Part shown: piece by piece, positions 42,986 through 58,266 of the stretch
How the letters are laid out: each line of letters starts with the position of its first letter
How positions within the stretch are numbered: position 1 is the first letter of the stretch
NCBI GenBank assembly: GCA_964016885.1
Contig: OZ024749.1
Location: 31,930,001 to 31,994,000 of the forward strand
Direction of reading: 5' to 3'
Source: Eledone cirrhosa
Lineage: Eukaryota
DNA: 64,000 nucleotides
Program-made: the position numbers and the translations under genes
Notes under the pieces: model-generated
Told to the model about the DNA's origin: nothing
The model's database searches: none
Seen by the model: only the letters and a program-made list of their open reading frames with translations

Positions 42986-43865
42986 TGGTTTCTTATATAG
43001 GCACAAGGCCAGCAATTTTGGGGGAGAGGAAAGTCGATTAAATCGACTCCAGTGCGTCACTGGTGCTTTATTTTATCGACCCCGTAAGGATGAAAGGCAA
43101 AATTAACCTCGGCGGGATTTGAACTCAGATCATAAAGGGGCGTAACTCTATGCTTCAAAGCATGGTGTCCGAGCCTCTACCGATACTGCCAATCCACCGC
43201 CACTTTGTGTCTAATTTAGTAAAACAAAAGAAGTTATCTTAATTATTTTTTTATTATTGCTACTATTGTTGAACCTCCGACAATATGGGGCATACAATTA
43301 TGGTCCTTTACGATCTGAGTTCAAACCACGCCAAGGTTAGCTTTCACCTTTCATCTTTATGGGGTCGATAAAATAAAGTACCAGTAATGTACTGAGACGA
43401 TTTAATCGACTTTCCCCTCCCACCAAATTACTGGCCTTGTACCTCCTATACTAGAAATCAGTATTGTTACTGTTTTTGAGCCTCCGACAACATGCTTTGC
43501 GGCATACAATTATGGCCCTTTACGTTCTGAGTACAAATCCCTCCAAGGTTAGCTTTCCCTGTCATCCTTACGGGGTCGATAAAATAAAGCACCATTAACA
43601 TATTGATGCCGATTAAATCGACTTTCCACCTAACCCCCAAAATTGTTGGCTTTGTAGTACCTAAATCAGAAATCGTTATTATTAATATTATTAGTAATAA
43701 AAAATTCTTTATTGTTGTAATTATTATTATAATCCCACCGAGGTTATCTTTTCCTTTCATCCTTACGGGGCCGATAAAATAAAGTACCAGTCACGAACTG
43801 GGGTCGATTTAATCGACTTTCCCCTCCCCAAAAATTGCTAGCCTTGTGCCTAAATAAGAAACCAT
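42986..43865. mobile_element. Cluster of 4 SINE A copies (one minus, three plus)
   Basis: Same core motifs. Confidence 0.85.
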
Positions 43866-44029
43866 TTTTATTGATGTTTTTGTCGTTGTGGCTATTGTTC
43901 CCTTAAACAGAGACATTATTTATTTATTTATTTATTTACGTCTATGTCTTATAATGTGTTTTTGGGGGGTTTGTTTTCTTTTGTTTTTGCTTTGTTTTCA
44001 TTTATTAATATCTTTTGTTTTTGCTTGCC

Positions 44030-44060
44030 TTCTTCTTCTTCTTCTTCTTCTTCTTCTTCT

Positions 44061-44107
<47 letters not shown>

Positions 44108-44155
44108 TTCTTCTTCTTCTTCTTCTTCTTCTTCTTCTTCTTCTTCTTCTTCTTC
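44030..44155. repeat. (CTT)n microsatellite
   Basis: Direct reading. Confidence 0.95.
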
Positions 44156-44399
44156 AAGTTGAAAGCATTTCTGTGTTCAATATATTTCAGTTTGTGTGGC
44201 TTCGAATAAATAAGAGAGAGAGAGAATCTTATTTAAAATATTGCAATATTGCATTTTCAGTTGAAAACATCGACACTTAACACTTGCGGAACTAATGGCA
44301 TGTGCACCTGACAGCAAATACTAATGTTGTAGCGACCAAACAGCAGGAGTAACAGCATCGACTACAACAACAACAACACAACTACTACTGCCACCACCA

Positions 44400-47300
44400 A
44401 CACTACCAACACCACAACACCACCACAGCTGCCACCACCAATACTACCACAAATACTACCAACAGCAACAACACCACCACAGCTGCCACCACAAATGCTA
44501 CCACAAATACTACCACCACAGCTACCACCACAGCTACCACCACAGCTACCACCACAAATACTACCAACAACAACAACACCACCACAGCTACCACCACAAA
44601 TACTACCAACAGCAACAACACCACCACAGCTACCACCACAAATACTACCAACAGCAACAACACCACCACAGCTACCACCACAAATACTACCAACAGCAAC
44701 AACACCACCACAGCTACCACCACAGATACTACCAACACCACAACACCACCACAGCTACCACCACAAATACTACCAACAGCATCAACACCACCACAACTAC
44801 CACCACCAATACTACCAACAGCATCAACACCACCACAGCTACCACCACAAATACTACCAACAGCATCAACACCACCACAACTACCACCACCAATACTACC
44901 AACAGCATCAACACCACCACAGCTACCACCACAAATACTACCAACAGCATCAACACCACCACAACTACCACCACCAATACTACCAACAACAACAACACCA
45001 CCACAGCTACCACCACAGATACTACCAACACCACAACACCACCACAGCTACCACCACAAATACTACCAACAGCAACAACACCACCACAGCTACCACCACA
45101 GATACTACCAACACCACAACTCCACCACAGCTACCACCACCAATACTACCAACAGCAACAACACCACCACAGCTACCACCACAGATACTACCAACACCAC
45201 AACTCCACCACAGCTACCACCACCAATACTACCAACACCACAACACCACCACAGCTACCACCACAGATACTACCAACAGCAACAACTCCACCACAACTAC
45301 CACCACAAATACTACCAACAGCATCAACACCACCACAGCTACCACCACAGATACTACCAACACCACAACTCCACCACAGCTACCACCACCAATACTACCA
45401 ACAGCATCAACACCACCACAGCTACCACCACAGATACTACCAACACCACAACTCCACCACAGCTACCACCACCAATACTACCAACAGCAACAACACCACC
45501 ACAGCTACCACCACCAATACTACCAACAGCAACAACACCACCACAGCTACCACCACAGCTACCACCACCAATACTACCAACAGCAACAACACCACCACAG
45601 CCACCACCACAAATACTACCAACAGCATCAACACCACCACAGCTACCACCACAGATACTACCAACACCACAACTCCACCACAGCTACCACCACCAATACT
45701 ACCAACACCACAACTCCACCACAGCTACCACCACCAATACTACCAACAGCAACAACACCACCACAGCTACCACCACAGCTACCACCACCAATACTACCAA
45801 CAGCATCAACACCACCACAGCTACCACCACAGATACTACCAACACCACAACACCATCACAGCTACCACCACAAATACTACCAACAACAACAACACCACCA
45901 CAGCTACCACCACCAATACTACCAACAACAACAACACCACCACAGCTACCACCACCAATACTACCAACAGCAACAACACCACTACAGCTACCACCACAGC
46001 TACCACCACAGATACTACCAACACCACAACTCCACCACAGCTACCACCACCAATACTACCAACACCACAACACCACCACAGCTACCACCACAGATACTAC
46101 CAACAGCAACAACTCCACCACAGCTACCACCACCAATACTACCAACACCACAACACCACCACAGCTACCACCACAGATACTACCAACACCACAACTCCAC
46201 CACAGCTACCACCACCAATACTACCAACAGCATCAACACCACCACAGCTACCACCACAGATACTACCAACACCACAACTCCACCACAGCTACCACCACAG
46301 ATACTACCAACACCACAACTCCACCACAGCTACCACCACAGATACTACCAACACCACAACTCCACCACAGCTACCACCACCAATACTACCAACAGCAACA
46401 ACACCACCACAGCTACCACCACAGCTACCACCACCAATACTACCAACAGCAACAACACCACCACAGCTACCACCACAGATACTACCAACACCACAACACC
46501 ACCACAGCTACCACCACAAATACTACCAACACCACAACACCACCACAGTTACCACCACCAATACTACCAACAACAACAACACCACCACAGCTACCACCAC
46601 AGATACTACCAACACCACAACTCCACCACAACTACCACCACCAATACTACCAACAGCAACAACACCACCACAGCCACCACCACAAATAATACCAACAGCA
46701 ACAACACCACCACAGCTACCACCACCAATACTACCAACACCACAACACCACCACAGCTACCACCACCAATACTACCAACACCACAACACCACCACAGCTA
46801 CCACCACCAATACTACCAACGGCAACAACACCACCACAGCTACCACCACCAATACTACCAACAGCATCAACACCACCACAGCTACCACCACCAATACTAC
46901 CAACAGCAACAACACCACCACAGCTACCACCACCAATACTACCAACACCACAATACCACCACAGCTACCACCACCAATACTACCAACAGAATCAACACCA
47001 CCACAGCTACCACCACCAATACTACCAACAGCATCAACACCACCACAGCTACCACCACCAATACTACCAACAGCAACAACACCACCACAGCTACCACCAC
47101 AGCTACCACCACCAATACTACCAACAGCTTCAACACCACCACAGCTACCACCACCAATACTACCAACACCACAACACCACCACAGCTACTACCACCAATA
47201 CTACCAACACCACAACACCACCACAGCTACTACCACAAATACTACCAACAGCATCAACACCACCACAGCTACCACCACCAATACTACCAACAGCAACAAC

Positions 47301-47580
47301 ACCACTACAGCTACCACCACCAATAGTATCCAACACCACAACTCCACCACAGCCACCACCAATACTACCAACACCACAACACCACCACAGCTACCACCAC
47401 AAATACTACCAACAACAACAACACCACCACAGGTACCACCACCAATACTACCAACACCACAACACCACCACAGCTACCACCACCAATACTACCAACAACA
47501 ACAACACCACCACAGCTACCACCACAGATACTACCAACAACAACAACACCACCACAGCTACCACCACAAATACTACCAAC
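44400..47580. repeat. 3.2-kb minisatellite of ~42-bp units and shorter non-triplet variants
   Basis: accaccacagctaccaccacaaatactaccaacagcaacaac alternates with ...gatactaccaacaccacaac variants that shift frame. Confidence 0.9.
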
Positions 47581-47588
47581 ATATATAT

Positions 47589-48850
<1,262 letters not shown>

Positions 48851-48971
48851 GAGTTTGAATTATTTTTCCTAAATCTTACGTTAACTACTTTTCCCATCTT
48901 GACGTTATAGTCGCTTATATGTTATAGAATGTTGTTAGCTTCTTGCTAAAACAATCTCTATACCTCTCATT

Positions 48972-49004
<33 letters not shown>

Positions 49005-49440
49005 GAAAAGCGTAATTTTCTACACAAAACGAAGGTTATAGAGAAAATTGAGGTTGGTAATGGCACATGGAATATATAAGAGACAGAATACTTTTTTGTG
49101 AAAAAACATAATTTTATAAGGTAAGGAAATAATAAAGGGTATAAAAAATGACCGGTTTCGATGGGTCTGCAAAAGCCATCTTTTCAAATGTTGATTAATA
49201 TTAAGAAAAATTAATAATAATTTTAACTCTTCGTATTATTAATAATAATTTTAACTCTTCGTAATATTAATTTTTCTTAATATTAATCAACATTTGAAAA
49301 GATGGCTTTTGCAGACCCATCGAAACCGGTCATTTTTTATACCCTTTATTATTTCCTTACCTTATAAAATTATGTTTTTTCACAAAAAAGTATTCTGTCT
49401 CTTATATATTCCATGTGCCATTACCAACCTCAATTTTCTC
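49005..49440. mobile_element. Foldback element: ~400-bp palindrome 49041-49440 with U3-A8 variant HHR
   Basis: Plus-strand 49291-49334: cat-TTGAAAA-gatgg cttttgcagac ccatc-GAAAC-cg-GTC-att. The spacer contains a ~29-bp direct duplication. Confidence 0.75.
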
Positions 49441-49783
49441 TCTCTCTCTATATATATATAACGAAGGAAATGTGGTAAGGAACCAGGTGGACCATAACGC
49501 ACCAAAGTACTCAATACTTAGGGTAGTAGAGTGGGTAATAGGAACGAGTAGGACCCCGACGGCTGAGCTCAAGCCGTTTCGACGGCTAATTCTGGGCTAA
49601 TTTTAGTCCAGAATTTGCCGTCGAAACGGCTTGAGCTCAGCCGTCGGGGTCCTACTCGTTCCTATATATATATATATATATATGTGTAGGAGGTGAGTTT
49701 TATTGTAGTACAATAATGCAATGCAGATTGATTTAAAACTGTACTATTCACAAGTGTTTTTTAACCTTCATATCATGTCTTCC

Positions 49784-49854
49784 TATTTTATCTGATGAAA
49801 ACACAAATATTATTGCATGATGATATTTGTTTTTGAAATGCGCATAATAAAATA
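49784..49854 (+). ncRNA. Type I HHR with 8-bp stem I
   Basis: TATTTTAT-CTGATGA-aaacacaaatatta...tgatatttgttttt-GAAA-tgcgca-TA-ATAAAATA. Confidence 0.8.
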
Positions 49855-50334
49855 CATGGAACTCTTTTAACCATCTTTTGATCTTATATATTATATATAT
49901 ATATATATATTGTTATACTTTGGGAGGGTCATGTTGCCAATAAGAATCTTGCTAAACAAATTCAGAAACGAAATATATATATATATATATATAACAAAAT
50001 ATCGTTATAGGTAATCCAGTTAGAGGGTGTGAATACTCCGTATTGTGGATAGTTTAGGCGTACGGCGTTGTTTGACTCAACAAGAGGTTTCCGTAGGTGG
50101 CGAGTTTGTGAGTTCTCTTGAATTCCTATGTAAGTTTATCTTGGAGTAATAATATTGAATGAGTGAAGAATAACATTGGTCAACAGTACAAAAAACTGGC
50201 ACAGCTTCAAGTGTTCAGAAATTTTTAGACAACTTAATCAGTAAAACAATTGTTAATACTGTAAATAAAAACCCTTTTTTGTACTGTTGACCATGTTATT
50301 CTTGACTTTTTCAATATATATATATATATATATA

Positions 50335-50655
50335 ATTGTTTCTACTTTTGGCACAAGACCAGCAATCACCACAGTGCATTACTGGTACTTTATTTTATCG
50401 ACCCCGTAAGGATGAAAGGCAATGTTGACCTCGGCGGGATTTGAACTCAGAATGGAAAGGACCGTAACTCTATGCGTCAAAGCATGACGTCCGACCCTCT
50501 ACCGATACTGCCAATCCACTTGTATTATTATAGGTGAATTCTGAGTTCAAATCCCGCCGAGGTAAAATTTGCCTTTCATCCTTACGGGGTCGATAAAATA
50601 AAGTACCAGTAATGCACTGGGTGATTGCTGGTCTTGTGCCAAAAGTAGAAACAAT
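50335..50655. mobile_element. Head-to-head pair of SINE A copies
   Basis: 50335-50520 (minus) and 50540-50655 (plus) share the variant tail ggtcttgtgccaaaagtagaaac. Confidence 0.85.
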
Positions 50656-50974
50656 TATTATATTACACTCTGTCTAGCTCTACACCTCGATACTGAAGTG
50701 AACCTAAACATCGAGTGCTCACCCTGGTGAACCTACAGTAACTCCAAGTTAGACTCCCTGGATATATATATATATACATGTGTGTGTTTGTGTGTGTGTT
50801 AGAATGGCTTCTATTGAGTACCTTATTTACTGTAGTTACTCCCGATTAAACCCGGGAGGGACACACACCCATAAACATAAATATATATATATCGTTTCCT
50901 CTCACCCCTTTTTTCTATATGTCTCTCCACCACTCCCCTACACGTCCTTGGAACTTTCTTCCCACACACTTTTC

Positions 50975-51006
50975 ACCTGAAGAAGGGCTTATGCCCGAAA
51001 CGTCGT
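50975..51006 (+). ncRNA. Minimal type I HHR (family E)
   Basis: ac-CTGAAGA-agggc ttat gccc-GAAAC-GTC-gt. Confidence 0.75.
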
Positions 51007-51092
51007 TCCCCACCACCACCCCACTCTCAAGAGTGTGAAACTAATAAACCTTTGTTCGTACTGCCTCTCTGTTTTGTTGCCGTTCAATTTTT

Positions 51093-51127
<35 letters not shown>

Positions 51128-51216
51128 TATATATATATACATATATATACATATATATATATATATAAACACATATATACATATATATATATACATATAT
51201 ATACATATATATATAT

Positions 51217-51273
<57 letters not shown>

Positions 51274-51297
51274 TATACATATATATATATACATACG

Positions 51298-51337
<40 letters not shown>

Positions 51338-51380
51338 TATACATATATATATACATATATATACATCTATATATATATAC

Positions 51381-51465
<85 letters not shown>

Positions 51466-51571
51466 CATATATATATACATATATATATACATATATATAT
51501 ATACATATATATATGTATACATACATATATATATATGTATACATATATATATATATGATATACACACACAC

Positions 51572-51618
<47 letters not shown>

Positions 51619-51664
51619 ATATATAATGTGTTCTAAGTCAGATATGATTGATGAGATATTGTTT

Positions 51665-51698
<34 letters not shown>

Positions 51699-51806
51699 CG
51701 GCGTTCATCTGTTTAATTCTGCAGAAATGAGTTGTCAAACGAAACTGCAATAACATCAGGAATGATACAATGCAGCATTATATATATACATATATATATA
51801 TACAGT

Positions 51807-51882
<76 letters not shown>

Positions 51883-51908
51883 ATATCATATATATATATA
51901 TATATATA

Positions 51909-53769
51909 TAAAATACGTATTTAAGAAAGCCACAACAATGCAGAGGGAAATCTCGAGGTAGGAAGTGAAAGATAGATAGGAAAAACAGGTGAAAGTGAAA
52001 ATTGAGAGAGACAAAGATGAAAACAAAACAAAGGTAGAAGGGTTACCGTAGTAGAGATTTAATCCCAATATTTCGGGCTCACCCCCATCAACGGGGGAAA
52101 GTTCCAAAAGGGGGGGAACAGGCCAAGCGCTGAAAGTTGTGATGTCGTTAAGACAGGAATGCCGTTATGGGGAGAAAATTATTTAAAATTTAAACGAGGG
52201 AAAGAATGCGCGTGCGCGTGATAGGCTGTGGCAAAAGCTACTGACCAAATGGGTTAAATCAAGAGGGTGCGCTAGCGTGTGAAAGCCGTAAGATATGTGT
52301 GTAAATATATATGTGTGTGTAACTGTGTGTGTATAAGTGTAAGTGTGTATATGTGTGAGTGTGTGTGTGTGTGAAAGATAGTGGGCTGTAGAAGCTGGAA
52401 ATCAAAGGGTGTGAAAGGTGGTAGGTTGTAAAACATGTGTGCGTGTATAAATATAGATGTGTGTGTGTAAGCGTATGGGTATACATGTGTGTGTAACTGT
52501 GTGTGTATATGTGTGAGTGCGTTTGTGTGTGAAAGATAGTGGGCTGTAAAAGCTGGAAATCAAAGGGTGTGAAAGGTGGTAGGTTGTAAAAACATGTGTG
52601 CGTGTATAAATATAGATGTGTGTGTGTATGCGTATGGGTATGCATATACGTGCGTGTGTGTGGAGATAGCAGGCCGTAGGCTGTGAATGGTCACTATGGT
52701 TAAGTTAGCCATGTCAGCTCATTTCTCTCAGCCCGGTTGTTAAGTGGGGGTCTGAGGTTCTTAATAACAAGTGCTTCCTTTATTCTTAAGGATCCGATGC
52801 TGCGTTCAGTCGCTAGGACTGTGACCAAGGGTCTACCCTGTGGGTTTGCGCATTTAAGGATGTGTTTACGGAAGGAAGATGCGTTGGTGTTGATATGTTC
52901 CTTGATACGAACATGCAGGGGTCGGATGGTGCTACCTATGTAAAACTTGTTACATTTATCGCATTGAATCTTATATACGACATAGGTGCGTAGGCAATCT
53001 GCCCCCCGTATCGGGCAGTTGCTGAGGGAACACGTCCCATCTGAATCGTCGGGTTTGTTGGAGAGGCATCTTCGCAGCGAAGGTCCTGTGTGGGCCAAAT
53101 GTATGTCAAGTCCCTCCGTCCGTATGGCCCTGCGGATGGCGTTCGTGGTATATTCACTCAGGTGGGGGTTTTAAAGAAGCACCTGCTATTATTTAATTTT
53201 CTAGTGGGTGTCTGTCTATTGGGTCTGGGGTCTCTAATTCCGTTAATCAGTCGCTTGGGATAACCATTAGATCTGAGTAGATTACGGAATTGCGTGGTAT
53301 GGGTGAGACCACCCATCGGGTCGCTGCATCTGTTAGTGATCCGTGTCAGTTCATTTAGGACATAGCCTCTCTTAGCGTTGTTGGGGAGGGCTGAGTTATA
53401 ATGCACAAATAAGTCCTTGCACGCTGCTTTGCGGTAGAAGGTGGTGTTTAAATTTTAAATAATTTTCTCCCCATAACGGCATTCCTGTCTTAACGACATC
53501 ACAACTTTCTCCGCTTGGCCTGTTCCCCCCTTTTGGAACTTTCCCCCGTTGATGGGCGTGAGCCCGAAATATTGGGATTAAATCTCTACTACGGTAACCC
53601 TTCTACCTTTGTTTTGTTTTCATCTTTGTCTCTCTCAATTTTCACTTTCACCTGTTTTTCCTATCTATCTTTCACTTCCTACCTCGAGATTTCCCTCTGC
53701 ATTGTTGTGACTTTCTTAAATACGTATTTTACACATTTCACAATGCTTCAAGCAAACTTTAACACCCTC
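51909..53769 (-). mobile_element. 5'-truncated Penelope-like retroelement with inverted pLTRs
   Basis: 51909-52195 and 53446-53731 are inverted ~285-bp repeats enclosing the minus-strand RT-thumb/GIY-YIG coding remnant. Both sides are embedded in (TA)n. Confidence 0.9.
52700..53445 (-). pseudogene. Penelope-like RT C-terminus + Cys-rich linker + GIY-YIG endonuclease (frameshift near 53160)
   Basis: FYRKAACKDLFVHYNSALPNNAKRG...; VVYKIQCDKCNKFYIGSTIRPLHVRIKEH...LRIKEALVIKNLRPPLN. Confidence 0.9.
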
Positions 53770-53822
53770 ATATATATATATATATATATATGGATATAAA
53801 TATATTCAAGTTTGTATGTATG

Positions 53823-53923
<101 letters not shown>

Positions 53924-53926
53924 ATA

Positions 53927-53975
<49 letters not shown>

Positions 53976-54080
53976 ATATATATATGTATATATATGTATA
54001 TATATATATGTATATATATGTATATATATATATGTATATATATGTATATATATATATGTATATAGATGTATATATATATG

Positions 54081-54161
<81 letters not shown>

Positions 54162-54162
54162 G

Positions 54163-54196
<34 letters not shown>

Positions 54197-54237
54197 TAGT
54201 ATACATATATACGTATATATATATGTATATATATATG

Positions 54238-54284
<47 letters not shown>

Positions 54285-54366
54285 TACATATATATATATT
54301 ATAGAGAGTATACATATATATAGTATATATATATGTATATATAGTATATATATATATGTATATATC

Positions 54367-54417
<51 letters not shown>

Positions 54418-54430
54418 TATACAGTATATA

Positions 54431-55145
54431 CAGGGGTTGGACAAAATAATTGAAACACCTTAAAATTTCAAACAAATTTATTTTAATAAGGGGTAGGACC
54501 GCCTTTGGCAGTAATTACAGCTTGAAGTCTACGAGGTATGGACCCGTACTAGGTTTGAATTGTTTCCAAAGGAATTTGTGTCCATTCTTCAGCTAAAACA
54601 GTCTCTAGTTCTTGTAGTGATGATGGTGGAGGATATCGACTCCTTACTTGTTTTTCTAAAATGCATCATAAATGTTCAATAATATTGAGATCTGGGGATT
54701 GTGGTGGCCAGATAAGATGTTCAACTTCACTAGAATGTTCCTCGTGCCATTCAGTAACAACTTTAGCTGTGTGAATTGGTGCATTATCTTCCTGGAATAT
54801 TGCGTCTCCCTCCGGAAACAGTTCCGCAACCATAGGATGAATTTGATCAGATAAAATGCTTAAATAGTCTTGACTATTAATTCTGCCATGCAGGGAAACC
54901 ATTGGGTCGGCGGATTTGCAAGATATAGCCCCCCAGATCATCACAGATCCACCTCTCTGTTTAACAGTTGGAAGAGGGTAGTCTGGGTCAAATGCTAGTT
55001 TTGGCTGTCTCCACACGTATACTCGACCGGTGGTCATAAATAAGGTAAAGGATGACTCGTCCGAGAAAATAACATTCTTCCACTGCTCTAGGGACCAATT
55101 CTGTAGGTTTTTACTCCACTCTAAACGCTTTGCAACGTTTGTTGT
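54431..55145 (-). mobile_element. Truncated Tc1-like transposon (DD34E catalytic region and one TIR)
   Basis: TA-caggggttggacaaaataattgaaacacc terminus; FSDESSF, GGSVMIWGAIS, FQEDNAPIHTAK, WPPQSPDLNIIEHL. Confidence 0.9.
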
Positions 55146-55560
55146 AAATCTGTATTTATTAAACTCTCAAATCATGAGTCTGTTATACTTCTCGATATAT
55201 TTCAATGACATCATGAAAGTCAGTATTCGTTGGTTTCAAACATACCTCCTCCATAACACTTCTTTTAATTTACAGCAACAAAGTGGAAAATCTTAAAGTC
55301 TTAAATAAGATTCAGCACTTAAAACACGCCGCAGTTAAACAATGTTGCGAGTGATATAATCAGTTTAAAATTAAGATGGAGGATTTCATATAATGTGAAA
55401 TTAAAACATATCTACTTTCGAATGTCAGTGTTATTCCTGTAATTCTACATTGGATTCTTCGAAATAATTGCTATTCATTCTAACGCAGGTGATACTGCTG
55501 AAGATTTTCAGTATATAGAAAAGTTTCATATATTTATATATATTATTATTATATAATAAA

Positions 55561-55750
55561 GGGCAGTGGATTGGCAGTATCGGTAGAGGGTCGGACGCCA
55601 TGCTTTCCAGCATAGTTACCTCCCTTTACGATCTGAGTTCAAATTCCGCCTAGGTTGACTTTGCCTTTCATCCTTACGGGGTCGATAAAATAAAGTACCA
55701 GTAATGAACTGGTGAATTGCTGGCCTTGTGCCTAAAGTAGAAACAATTAT
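55561..55750 (+). mobile_element. Full-length SINE A copy
   Basis: Matches 21021-21205. Confidence 0.85.
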
Positions 55751-56111
55751 TATATAATAAATTAGATGCATATAATATAAATATATATATAGCGAGAGAT
55801 AATATATATTATATAGATATATATTATATATATAACATATAAAATATTAAATGTTTTAAAAAGTCTTTGATTTTCATTTACATTGTATATATATATATAT
55901 ATATATAGGGAAAAGTATGACCCCGACGGCAGAGCTTAAGCCGTTTCGACTGCCAGAAATAGCAGTCCAGAAATATCCGTCGAAACGGCTTGAGCTCTGC
56001 CATCGGAGTCATACTTTTTCCTATTTCCCACTCTACTACCCTAAGTATTGAGTACCCTGGTGCGTTATGGTCCATCTGATTCCTTGTCACAATTACTTTG
56101 TTATATATATA

Positions 56112-56149
<38 letters not shown>

Positions 56150-56521
56150 TTACGTATCTGTGTGCGTATCTTATTGTGTGTATCTTATTTTGTCCCAGCT
56201 TCCTTATGGTAGAGATAAATAGGCGTGTTGTGGCTGCTATTGCTAGCATATATGGTACTCACGGAACGTCTAGCCATTACTTCCCTTCTGTGACATATAC
56301 CACGTGATAATTTCTCCCTCCTGATAATTATTCACTTTGTAACGGTCAGGTCAGGAAATAGTCCACTAACTTGAGGGTTTCCTCTGAAAAGTTGACAGCC
56401 TCACAGCACTGGTGCACTTCTCTGGTGCAGGAATACTGCAGACCAGTCGACGAAACTGCTGTCTGGTCTTTGAAGAAAAAATAGGTATATCTTTGGCTAT
56501 CCTTTCCTCGTATTTATAATT

Positions 56522-56624
<103 letters not shown>

Positions 56625-57374
56625 CATACTTACATACATATAACCTATAAAACCACTCGTTATATAAATACATGTTACAAAGAACAGTTTTTTCTTTAAT
56701 GATTAGAAAGTTAAAATATCAGGAATTATCAAAGAGTCGTTAAAAGGAATCTCTGAAGTGGATTTCAATAGACTTTATAATTTCTTAGTTAATTCTTTAT
56801 ATTGTCCCTGAAGGTAAAAATAAATAAAGAGAATTAAAGAAAATGTCTGTAGGTATGTTGGTTTGTGTTTATTTGGGGTGTATATTTTTGTATACGTGTA
56901 TTTAGATGTGGCTGTTTGGAGTGTGTATGTGTGTATTTACGTGGGGGTTTGTGGTTGTTTGCAGTGTGTATGCGCGTATGCGTGTATGTGTATATAGATG
57001 TGGGAGTTTGTGACTGTTTTGTGTGTGCATGTGTGTATGTGTATGTGTATATAAATGCGTTTGTTGTTTACTGTTTTGTATATGTGTATATACATGTGGG
57101 AGTTTGTGGTTGTGTGATTGGGGGGGGGGGGGGGTTGTATGAGTATACATATGTGGGAGTTTGTGGGTGTTTGAGTGTATATTTCTGTATTTGTGTAGGT
57201 GTGTATGCGTATATAGATGTGGGAGTTTATGGCTGTTTGAGGTTTGTGTGTATGTATATATATAAATGTGGTTGTTTGTGACAGTTTGCGTGTACATTTG
57301 AGTATGTGTGTATATGTATATGCATGAAGAAGTTTATGGTTGTTTGTGTGTATATTTGTGAATGTGTATATGCG

Positions 57375-58078
57375 TATATAGATGTGGGAGTTTGTGTCTG
57401 TTTGGGGTGTGTATGTGTGTATGTGTATATATGTGTAGGGGTGTATATAGATGTGGGAGTTTGTGTCTGTTTGGGGTGTGTATGTGTGTATGTGTATATA
57501 TGTGTAGGGGTGTATATAGATGTGGGAGTTTGTGTCTGTTTGGGGTGTGTATATGTGTATGTGTATATATGTGTAGGGGTGTATATAGATGTGGGAGTTT
57601 GTGTCTGTTTGGGGTGTGTATGTGTGTATGTGTATATATGTGTAGGGGTGTATATAGATGTGGGAGTTTGTGTCTGTTTGGGGTGTGTATGTGTGTATGT
57701 GTATATATGTGTAGGGGCGTATATAGATGTGGGAGTTTGTGTCTGTTTGGGGTGTGTATGTGTGTATGTGTATATATGTGTAGGGGTGTATATAGATGTG
57801 GGAGTTTGTGTCTGTTTGGGGTGTGTATGTGTGTATGTGTATATATGTGTAGGGGTGTATATAGATGTGGGAGTTTGTGTCTGTTTGGGGTGTGTATGTG
57901 TGTATGTGTATATATGTGTAGGGGTGTATATAGATGTGGGAGTTTGTGTCTGTTTGGGGTGTGTATGTGTGTATGTGTATATATGTGTAGGGGTGTATAT
58001 AGATGTGGGAGTTTGTGTCTGTTTGGGGTGTGTATGTGTGTATGTGTATATATGTGTAGGGGTGTATATAGATGTGGT
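57375..58078. repeat. 69-bp tandem minisatellite, ~10 near-identical units
   Basis: gatgtgggagtttgtgtctgtttggggtgtgtatg... repeats at 57381, 57450 and onward. Degenerate precursors lie at 56860-57370. Confidence 0.95.
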
Positions 58079-58216
58079 TGTTTGTGACTGATTGGGTGTA
58101 TATTTGTGTATGTGTGTATGTGTATATAGATGTTGCGTATTTATCTATATATTCTCATGTGTGTCTATATATGTATTGTATATACACATGTATGTATGCA
58201 CACTTACATATATGTT

Positions 58217-58266
<50 letters not shown>

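Noticed and set aside
44495-47326. 943-aa ORF resembling a mucin or a Pro/His/Thr-rich protein
   Set aside because: Non-triplet repeat variants cycle the translation through all three frames of one unit. The strand simply lacks stop codons, and there is no signal peptide or splice context.
56439-56470. agacca...GAAACtgctGTCtggtct
   Set aside because: It looks like an HHR 3' half with stem I, but CTGANGA and stem II are absent.
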